64,000 nucleotides of DNA from an uncultured Oleiharenicola sp. GTDB lineage: Bacteria; Verrucomicrobiota; Verrucomicrobiia; Opitutales; Opitutaceae. Shown here piece by piece: positions 25,183 to 32,577 of this stretch (the first letter of the stretch is position 1; every line of letters begins with the position of its first letter). The notes below the pieces were generated by a model. That model was given only the letters and a program-made list of their open reading frames with translations. It did not search any database and was not told the origin of the DNA. The stretch covers positions 188,619-252,618 of the forward strand of contig CAYRDN010000001.1 in NCBI GenBank assembly GCA_964423065.1, written 5' to 3'. The translations under genes and the position numbers were made by a program.

Positions 25183-26082
25183 TCACCACATGAAGTAGTT
25201 CTCATCCATGGTGAGGAACCGGTCGCTCGGCGGTGCGTACACCACCCGCCAGACGTCGGCATACCGGGACCAGGGGCCGGGAACCGGGCCGTCAAAAGCC
25301 AGCTGCGGGGCGAGCGGGGCCTTGGTCGAGCGGGAGCGCAGCCGCTCGAGAAACAGCTCATGCCCCTCCTCGAGGGCGAAGAACAGGCTGCGGCGCTCGA
25401 TGGGGTGCGCGTCCGGCGGGAGTTGGTCGCGGATCTTGCCGGCATGGGTGAGGGCGAAATGCGCCACCACCTGCTCATGCCGCTGCATCTCGACTGCCGC
25501 CTTGCGGCAGGCGGCATTGAAATCCATCGCCGCCGCATGGCCGTAGGCGACCAGGCCCGCCGCCGTGCGCTTGAAGAGGATCACCGTGATGCCGGGCGCC
25601 TCGGAGCAGATCGTCGCCGCCCGCACCCCGGCCCACGGTGTGGCGGATTCAAGCGCGGAGAGCCGGCCTTCCCACCAGTTCAGGAGGTTGAACCGCTCGG
25701 CCGCCTCCATCAGGGCCCCGGCCCGCGCCTGCCGGCGCCGCAGGCCCGGGAAGGCGGCCATGCCGTTGCTCGAGGGGTCGACATCAAAGCCGTAGCGGTG
25801 GCGTTCGCTGCCGGCGTGGAGCTGCCAGTGGGCCCAGCGCTCCATGGCTTCCGAGATGGCCATGAACCGCGCCACCATCGGCGAGGCGGCGGTGCCACTC
25901 CCGTTGGCCTGGCTGAAGACCGCCCGGTCACCCCGGTGCGCCGCCAGATCCTTCTGCAGATAAGCATTGGCCAGGAAGGCCCGCTCGCCCAGCACCGTGG
26001 TGTCCGCCATCACCAGCCGCTCTATCGGGCCGCCCTCGGAAGCCAGCACGTTGCGGTAGCGGAATGCGGCCAGGCTTAACAT
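25183..26082 (-). CDS. Compact YcaO-family ATP-dependent peptide backbone-modifying enzyme
   Basis: Three YcaO ATP/Mg motifs in order: GSG...AISEAMER (61-82), SSNGMAA...ALMEAAER (104-130), YGHAA...ACRKAAVE (180-198); only 299 aa. Confidence 0.8.
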   Translation of the reverse strand: MLSLAAFRYRNVLASEGGPIERLVMADTTVLGERAFLANAYLQKDLAAHRGDRAVFSQANGSGTAASPMVARFMAISEAMERWAHWQLHAGSERHRYGFDVDPSSNGMAAFPGLRRRQARAGALMEAAERFNLLNWWEGRLSALESATPWAGVRAATICSEAPGITVILFKRTAAGLVAYGHAAAMDFNAACRKAAVEMQRHEQVVAHFALTHAGKIRDQLPPDAHPIERRSLFFALEEGHELFLERLRSRSTKAPLAPQLAFDGPVPGPWSRYADVWRVVYAPPSDRFLTMDENYFMW

Positions 26083-26115
26083 GGGGCGGGCACCGAGAGT
26101 TGCCGGCGGGCAGAG

Positions 26116-26307
26116 TCATTGACCGGTTTTCGGCGTGAACTGACAGGGCATGATGCAGGGCTCGCAGCCATCGAGATCCCGGCCATGGGCGGCCATTTTT
26201 TTCACGTGATCCGGCATCGGATCGGCTTTTTCGGCGAGACGGGTGAGACCAACGGCGAGGAAAAGGCTCGAGGAGAGCCCGGAGGTGATTTGTTTGATTG
26301 AGTTCAT
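26116..26307 (-). CDS. Putative RiPP precursor peptide (63 aa, C-terminal CEPCIMPC)
   Basis: Same strand, 33 bp upstream of the YcaO gene; hydrophobic N-terminal leader/signal-like part; Cys48, Cys51, Cys55. Confidence 0.65.
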   Translation of the reverse strand: MNSIKQITSGLSSSLFLAVGLTRLAEKADPMPDHVKKMAAHGRDLDGCEPCIMPCQFTPKTGQ

Positions 26308-26425
26308 CGGCGAGAGAATCGCAGATATCCGCCGAAATCCATATCAGGAAAACAGCCTGTATTCGGGGGGGCATCCACCGCCTCTATTCCGAGCCTGTTC
26401 ACCTAAAAGCAGGTGGCATAGAAAA

Positions 26426-26455
26426 TTGCTGCCCCCGCCCCAATCCTCGTATGAT
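26426..26455 (+). promoter_or_regulatory. Putative sigma70 promoter of the hybrid kinase
   Basis: TTGCTG-N18-TATGAT, 12 nt before the GTG start. Confidence 0.45.
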
Positions 26456-26467
26456 ATCGGCTGCCAC

Positions 26468-29400
26468 GTGAACCACTTGCCCACCAGAATCACCCTGCCC
26501 GCCCTGGTTTTGACCCTGGGCCTGGCCGGCAGCACCGCCTTCGGCGCGTGGCAGGACGAGACGGCCGGTCGACCGATGGTGGAAATTTTATCCACCAAGG
26601 ACCTGGGCAACGCCAATTACAAGTGGATCACCCTGCAGGACCATCTCGGCCGGCTCTTCGTCGGCGGCAATGAGCTGCAGGTCTTCGACGGCCAGTCGTG
26701 GCAATCCTTTCCCGTGCCCAAGACCTACGCCCTACGGGCCCTCGCCTTTGGCGAAACCGGCCGGCTCTGGGCCGGAGCCATCAATGAGATCGGATACTTC
26801 GAGGAGATGACCCTCGGGAAATTCCAGTTTCATTCCCTCATCTCGCTCCTGCCCGAGGGGGAGCGCGTCGTCGGCGACATCTGGGCCTGCGTCCCCGCCG
26901 GCCGGTACGTCTATTACTTTTCGCGCAACAAGGTCCTGCGCTGGGATGGGGACGCATTCCGCATCTGGTCGTACGCCAGTGAATCCAGACTCTTCCCCCT
27001 GAATTTTGAGGGCGAGCTATGGTACCATCATCTTGAAACCGGACTTTATCGTGTCACCGAGACCGGCCCGAGGCTGGAAGTGCCCGCCGCCCGGCTGCCG
27101 AACAGCGCCATCCTGGGCCTGGTCCGCGATGCGCAGGGCCTGGTATGCTTCTGCGCCAATGGCATTGTGCGCCCCGGCCTGCCGCCCGTCCGGATCTCCG
27201 ACGAGGCGCTGAGCAAATACATCACCGATTCCCGTCCGACCAGCTTTGCCGCGCTGCCGGGTGGCAACCATGCCCTCGGCACGATCAACGGCGGCCTCGC
27301 CTTGTTCGACCCGGCCGGCGGGCTGCTGCGCATCCTGGACCCGGTCGACGGGCTGCCCTCCCGCGCCATTTTCTCGATCACCCCCGAAGCCGGGGATTAT
27401 CTCTGGTCCGCCACGCCCGACGGGATCTTCCGCCTGGAAGCCGGGGGCCATGCCACGCTCTTCGGCCCGGCGAACGGGCTCAAGGGGCAGACCGTGATCG
27501 ATCTGCAACCCGGCGACCGCCACTTCTACGCCCTCACCCGGGATGGCGTCTTTACACTTATGCCGTCGACCGACCGCGGCGCGCGCTTCGAGCCTGTGCC
27601 GCAGCTGACCGAGCTCTACAACTCGCTGCTGCCATTTCGCGGCGGCCTGTTGTTGGCGCGCCACGGGGGCATGGATTTTTTTGACGGCACTGGCGTCCGG
27701 CCGTTGTTCACGATCCTGGCCAAGGCCGTTTTCTTCATCGTGCCCTCGCGCGCCAGCCCGGGTGTCTTTTATCTGGCGGAGTCACCCGGCCTGGGCCGGC
27801 TGCAAGCCAATGAGGACGGCTCGTTCACCCACGCCCCGTTGCTGGAGCTGCCGGACAGCTGCACGCATCTGCACGAGGACGCCCGCGGACGGCTGTGGAT
27901 CGGGACCGCGAGCAAGGGCGCGTTCACCTACGATCCCCGCACCCAGGCCCTGGCGCCCATCAACGATCCGGCGACGGGCCGGCCGTTCGCCGGCGGGGTG
28001 GCCGTTGCGGGCGGCGACCGCCAGATCCTGTTTTTCCACGAGGGCCGCGTGCTGCGGGCGGACCCGGACGGGGCCGGCCTCCGCGTGCTCGAGGGCCCGC
28101 CCCTGCTTGATTTCATCGCCCTGCAATCGATTCCCGGCGGCCGGAGCGACCTGGTCGCCTTCAAGCGCACGAACGCGAGCGGCACCTCCGCGCAAGGCCT
28201 GGGGGTCCTGACCGTCGACGGCTCGGGAACCACGCAATGGCAGGAGCTCGAGGCGCCGGCGCTGGGCGCCATCGGTTTCATCCGCACGATGGTGTTCACC
28301 ACCGAGGCCGGCCGGCCGGTCCTGTGGCTCGGCGGCTCGGAGGGACTCCTGCGGCTCGACTACGACACGATCCCGGTCATGAAAAACCCGGACTCCCCGC
28401 TCATCCGGCTGGACCCGGGTCACTCCAGCCCCGCAAGTGCGCCGGGGGGCCTGGCCTTTCCCTTCCAGGACCATCACCTGAGTTTCCGGGTTTTCACCGA
28501 CGACTACAGCCGGGGCAAGGAGTGGCTGTTCCAGTCCCGGCTGGGCGGCGGCGCCGGCGAATGGTCCGCGGCCAGCCAGCGCCGGCTGTATGAGTTCACC
28601 AACCTGTCCGAGGGCAGCTACCGCTTCGAGGTGCGCACGGTCAACGGCGCCGGGCGCGCGAGCGAGCCGGCGGTCTTCGCCTTCCGCATCCTGCCGCCGT
28701 GGTACCGCTCGAGCGGGGCGCTCGCCGGCTATGTGGCGGGCTTGGGGCTCGCGATCTTCGCTTTCATCCGGTTCCGCGAGCGCCGCATCCGCCAGCGCAA
28801 CCAGGAACTGGAAACCCAGGTGCGGATCCGCACCGAGGAGCTGGTGAAGGCGAGCGCGGCCAAGGACGAGTTCCTCGCCGGCGTCAGCCACGAGATCCGC
28901 AACCCCATGAACGGCGTCATCGGCATCGCCGAGACCATGCGGACCGACGCACTCGACCCGGAGAGCCGGCGCAAGTTCGGCCTGCTCCGCCAGTGCGCCA
29001 CCCACCTCTCGTCGCTGCTGGAGGACATCCTCGACTTCTCGCGCGTGCAGGCCGGCGCGGTCGAGCTGGAGTCGCGCGCCTTCGACCTCCCCGAGCTGGT
29101 GCAGTCGGTCGCCGCCATGACCGCCGCGGACAGCGAGAAGCGCGGCATCCCCGTCGAGATCGCCATCTCGCCCGCCGTGCCCACCCGGCTGACCGGCGAT
29201 CCGCGGCGCATCCGGCAGATCCTGCTGAACTTCGTCAGCAACGCGCTGAAATTTTCCGGCCGCGGGCAGATCAGCGTGACCGTCTGGTGCAAGGCCGCCG
29301 GCCCGCGGCACACCGAGGTGATCTTCGCCGTGTCCGACGAGGGGCCCGGCATCTCGGCCGAGGAGCAGAAGCGCCTGTTCACCCGTTTCGAGCGCGGCGC

Positions 29401-30355
29401 CGCCGCGCAGCAGGGCCGCGTGCCCGGCACGGGCCTCGGGCTGGCGTTGTGCAAGGGCCTCGCCGAAAAAATGGGCGGGCGCATCTGGCTGGAAAGCCAG
29501 CCCGGCGAGGGCTCGTGCTTTTATTTCAGCGCCCCGCTCGAGAGCGTGGCGGAGGACGCCGGGCCCGCGCCGGCCGCCGATCCGGCCCCCCGCGGCCGGG
29601 ATCAGCTGGCCCTCGTGGTGGACGACGAGGAATACAACCGCATCGTGCTGGCCGATCTCCTCGAGCAGCTGGGCTTCACCGTGCTCACCGCGGCCGAGGG
29701 CGAGGCGGCCCTCGCCCTGGCCGCGGGCCGGAACTGCGACGTGGTGTTCCTCGACTACGACCTGCCCGGGCTGAGCGGACTCGACGTCGCGCGCGGCATC
29801 CGCGCGCTGCCGGACGGGTCCGCCCGCGCCCTGATCCTCGCCACGACCGCCTTCACCACGCCGGAAAAGCGCGCGCAGTGCGTCGCCGCCGGGATGAACG
29901 CCTTCCTGGGCAAGCCCGTGACGATGGAGCGGCTGCGCCAGGCGCTCGCCACCGCCACCGGCCCGGACGCCGCGCCGCCGCCCGCGCGCCCCGCCCCGCC
30001 GCCGGACGGCCTCGCCAACCTGCGGCTGATCGCGTCGCGGAAGGGCACCGCCTTTGCGGACGAACTGGCCCTTTATCTTTCCGAGTTCGGGGTCGAGCTG
30101 GACCAGCTGCAGGCCGCCCTGCGGCAGGAAGACGCCGCCAATGCCGGCCATTACGCGCACCTGCTCTACGGCCGCTGCGCGTTCATCGCCGAACGCGAAC
30201 TCGAGCAGCTCCTGCGCCGGATCGAGGAGGTCAGCGCCAACGGCCAGTGGGACGAGGCCCGCGCCCTGGGCGCGGCCGTGGCCGCGGGGCTCGACCGGCT
30301 GCGCGTCAGGCTGGCTTGTGCTGCCCCAGTTGTTCCGCCCGGGTCAGCCCGTTGA
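26468..30355 (+). CDS. Hybrid sensor histidine kinase: signal peptide, beta-propeller/Y_Y_Y-type extracytoplasmic sensor, TM, HisKA, HATPase, REC, HPt-like
   Basis: Repeats such as 'QDHLGRLFVG' and 'EDARGRLWIGT'; 'FTNLSEGSYRFEVR...ILPPWY'; SHEIRNPMNG, NFVSNALKF, DEGPG, GTGLGL; VVDD...FLDYDLP; AHLLYG. GTG start inferred. Confidence 0.92.
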   Translation: MNHLPTRITLPALVLTLGLAGSTAFGAWQDETAGRPMVEILSTKDLGNANYKWITLQDHLGRLFVGGNELQVFDGQSWQSFPVPKTYALRALAFGETGRLWAGAINEIGYFEEMTLGKFQFHSLISLLPEGERVVGDIWACVPAGRYVYYFSRNKVLRWDGDAFRIWSYASESRLFPLNFEGELWYHHLETGLYRVTETGPRLEVPAARLPNSAILGLVRDAQGLVCFCANGIVRPGLPPVRISDEALSKYITDSRPTSFAALPGGNHALGTINGGLALFDPAGGLLRILDPVDGLPSRAIFSITPEAGDYLWSATPDGIFRLEAGGHATLFGPANGLKGQTVIDLQPGDRHFYALTRDGVFTLMPSTDRGARFEPVPQLTELYNSLLPFRGGLLLARHGGMDFFDGTGVRPLFTILAKAVFFIVPSRASPGVFYLAESPGLGRLQANEDGSFTHAPLLELPDSCTHLHEDARGRLWIGTASKGAFTYDPRTQALAPINDPATGRPFAGGVAVAGGDRQILFFHEGRVLRADPDGAGLRVLEGPPLLDFIALQSIPGGRSDLVAFKRTNASGTSAQGLGVLTVDGSGTTQWQELEAPALGAIGFIRTMVFTTEAGRPVLWLGGSEGLLRLDYDTIPVMKNPDSPLIRLDPGHSSPASAPGGLAFPFQDHHLSFRVFTDDYSRGKEWLFQSRLGGGAGEWSAASQRRLYEFTNLSEGSYRFEVRTVNGAGRASEPAVFAFRILPPWYRSSGALAGYVAGLGLAIFAFIRFRERRIRQRNQELETQVRIRTEELVKASAAKDEFLAGVSHEIRNPMNGVIGIAETMRTDALDPESRRKFGLLRQCATHLSSLLEDILDFSRVQAGAVELESRAFDLPELVQSVAAMTAADSEKRGIPVEIAISPAVPTRLTGDPRRIRQILLNFVSNALKFSGRGQISVTVWCKAAGPRHTEVIFAVSDEGPGISAEEQKRLFTRFERGAAAQQGRVPGTGLGLALCKGLAEKMGGRIWLESQPGEGSCFYFSAPLESVAEDAGPAPAADPAPRGRDQLALVVDDEEYNRIVLADLLEQLGFTVLTAAEGEAALALAAGRNCDVVFLDYDLPGLSGLDVARGIRALPDGSARALILATTAFTTPEKRAQCVAAGMNAFLGKPVTMERLRQALATATGPDAAPPPARPAPPPDGLANLRLIASRKGTAFADELALYLSEFGVELDQLQAALRQEDAANAGHYAHLLYGRCAFIAERELEQLLRRIEEVSANGQWDEARALGAAVAAGLDRLRVRLACAAPVVPPGSAR

Positions 30356-31022
30356 CGATGGCGTAGTGGATCAGCTTCGGCGTCGTGTGGATGTCGAGCT
30401 TGCGCATGACGTCGCGGCGGCGCGACTGCACCGTGGCCGGGCTGATGTTCAGCACGGCGGAGATCTCCTCGTCGGTCTTCGACTCGCCGATCATCGAGAG
30501 GATGCGGGTCTCGTAGTCGGACAGCACGCGGATGAAGGCCTTCGGGTCGCGCCGGATGCTGGCGCTCGATTCGTTCACGATCGGGGTGTAGTAAACGCGG
30601 CCCCCGAGCACGGCGTTGATCGCGTCGGTCAGCACTTCCGGCCGCTGTTCGTTCTTGTCCACGAAGCCGTGCAGCCCGATGCGCTGGACCTGGAGCATGG
30701 TCCACGGGTCGCGGTGCGAGGAAATGGCGAGGATCTTGACGTGCGGCATTTCGTCGAGGACGGTCTTGGCCAGTGTCAGGCCGTCGCCATCCGGCAGGGA
30801 GATGTCCATCAGCACCAGGGTGGGACGCTGGGCCCGGATCGCCGCCAGCCCCTCCCGGCAGGTGCCGCAGCGCATCAGCACATCCAGCCCGAGATCCCGG
30901 CAGTGGAAGGTGAAAAATTCCGCGACCAGGCGCTGGTCCTCGACAATGATCACCCGCCCTCCGCCGGAATTTTTTCCGGCGCTGCCGGCCGGGGCTGAAT
31001 CAATGGTGTTCACTTTGCTCAT
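30306..31022 (-). CDS. NarL/LuxR-family response regulator
   Basis: IIVED, LMDISLPDGDG, FVDK; 'LSDYETRIL...EISAVLNISPATVQSRRRDVMRKL' LuxR HTH. Confidence 0.92.
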   Translation of the reverse strand: MSKVNTIDSAPAGSAGKNSGGGRVIIVEDQRLVAEFFTFHCRDLGLDVLMRCGTCREGLAAIRAQRPTLVLMDISLPDGDGLTLAKTVLDEMPHVKILAISSHRDPWTMLQVQRIGLHGFVDKNEQRPEVLTDAINAVLGGRVYYTPIVNESSASIRRDPKAFIRVLSDYETRILSMIGESKTDEEISAVLNISPATVQSRRRDVMRKLDIHTTPKLIHYAIVNGLTRAEQLGQHKPA

Positions 31023-31120
31023 GGAATCTGTTCCGGATGCACGCCGCCCGCCGGGGATCGCGCTGATGCGGTTCCCGGCCCGCGCCCCGGGTCACGGTCT
31101 GGCTGCTCCCCTTTTTCCAT

Positions 31121-31840
31121 GTGAACATCATTCTTTTTCACTCCGCAGAAGTCGAGCTTCCCTTGCCCCGACGCGATGCCCGCGCCGTGCATCTGCTCGC
31201 CGTTTTGCGCCGGCGCGAGGGCGATACCTTCGACGCCGGCCTGATCAACGGGCCGCGCGGTCGCGGCACCCTGGTGGCGATCAAGGAGAATTTTCTGACC
31301 CTGTCATTTAACTGGGGTGAATACCCTCCTGCTGTATATTCATTTCAACTACTTGTTGGTCTACCAAGACCCCAGACAGCTCGTGACATCCTGCGCGACG
31401 CCACGACTCTGGGTGTGGCCGCGCTGCATTTTGTCCGGACAGACAAGGGCGAGGCCAGCTATGCGGACAGCACGCTGTGGAGCTCCGGCGAGTGGCAGGA
31501 GTGCGTCATAAGAGGAGCGGCCCAGGCCTGTTGCACGCGGTTGCCGGAAGTCACCCACGGTCTCACGCTCGCCGAGGCCGTCACGCGCGTGCCGGCCGCG
31601 GCCGCCCGGCTCGCCCTCGACAACTATGAAGGCACCGCCGCGTTGAGTGAGATCAATTTGTCCGGCCGCCCGTCGGCCGCGCTGGCGCTGGGCGCGGAAC
31701 GCGGCTGGTCGGACGCGGAGCGCGGGTGGTTGCGAAGCCGGGGCTTTGCCTTGGTCCACCTTGGACCGCGCGTGCTGCGCACCGAAACGGCCTGCATCGC
31801 GGCCCTCACCCTGCTCAAGGCAAGGCTCGGCTGGCTCTGA
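31121..31840 (+). CDS. rsmE: 16S rRNA m3U1498 methyltransferase
   Basis: HLLAVLR, LGAERGWS, LGPRVLRTETA SPOUT motifs. Confidence 0.9.
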   Translation: MNIILFHSAEVELPLPRRDARAVHLLAVLRRREGDTFDAGLINGPRGRGTLVAIKENFLTLSFNWGEYPPAVYSFQLLVGLPRPQTARDILRDATTLGVAALHFVRTDKGEASYADSTLWSSGEWQECVIRGAAQACCTRLPEVTHGLTLAEAVTRVPAAAARLALDNYEGTAALSEINLSGRPSAALALGAERGWSDAERGWLRSRGFALVHLGPRVLRTETACIAALTLLKARLGWL

Positions 31841-32384
31841 ACACGCAGGCCGTCGGCTGGCGCACGCCCTTGCCCAGGCGTCTCACGCAGGTCCAGCCCC
31901 CGGGCGCGAGCTCGGTCCCGCCGGGCATTTCAAAGACGACGATCGGATCGGGGTGTCCGGCGAGCCACGCGGTCAGGCGGACGAACAACCCCGGGGCTAC
32001 CTCGGGAATGCGCTCATAGGGCGGGTCGATGAACACCAGATCCGCCGGCGCACCCCAGGCCACCGTGGTGGCATCGGCGGTGATGACCTGCAGGGCGCCC
32101 GCCTCGCGCCCCAGGCTTTTGGCCACCGCGGTGAGGTTGCGGCGGATGAAGTCCGCGGTCCGGGCATCCTGCTCCACAAAGACGCCGCCGGTGGCGCCGC
32201 GGCTGAAGGCCTCCAGCCCATAGGCTCCGCTGCCGGCGAACAAATCGAGGAAACTCGCGCCCGGCACCCGCGCGGCCAGGCTGGAAAAAACCGCCTGCCG
32301 CAGGGCGTCCGTCGCCGGCCGGACCGCATCGCCCCTGGGCAATTGCAACGGGATGCCGCGTGCGAGTCCGCCGGTGATTCTCAT
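31815..32384 (-). CDS. rsmD: 16S rRNA m2G966 methyltransferase
   Basis: MRITGG, RPATD, LDLFAGSGAYGLEAFSRGA, FIDPPY. Confidence 0.92.
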   Translation of the reverse strand: MRITGGLARGIPLQLPRGDAVRPATDALRQAVFSSLAARVPGASFLDLFAGSGAYGLEAFSRGATGGVFVEQDARTADFIRRNLTAVAKSLGREAGALQVITADATTVAWGAPADLVFIDPPYERIPEVAPGLFVRLTAWLAGHPDPIVVFEMPGGTELAPGGWTCVRRLGKGVRQPTACVFRASRALP

Positions 32385-32577
32385 CGCCGGCAGGGCATCA
32401 CCGCCGGCTGGCCCAAACCAAGGGCGCTTTCGGATGGAACACTTGCGGTTGGAAGCGGTTGTAACATATCATTTGCACGCTATGGGGAGACTCTTAGGCT
32501 AATCTTCGCCGTCCTTGAGCCATCCACCTAACTGGCTCTCGTGGCGGGCAAAGGCAATGCCTTACCATTCACCAAGC

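Noticed and set aside
26119..26301. 60-aa plus-strand ORF and the 148-aa minus ORF (25928-26374) overlapping the proposed precursor
   Set aside because: No motifs; the 148-aa ORF overlaps ycaO out of frame; the 63-aa minus ORF has better operon geometry
26414..26430. Sigma54-like TGGCAT...TTGCT upstream of the hybrid kinase
   Set aside because: GG-to-GC spacing is 11 nt rather than the required 10
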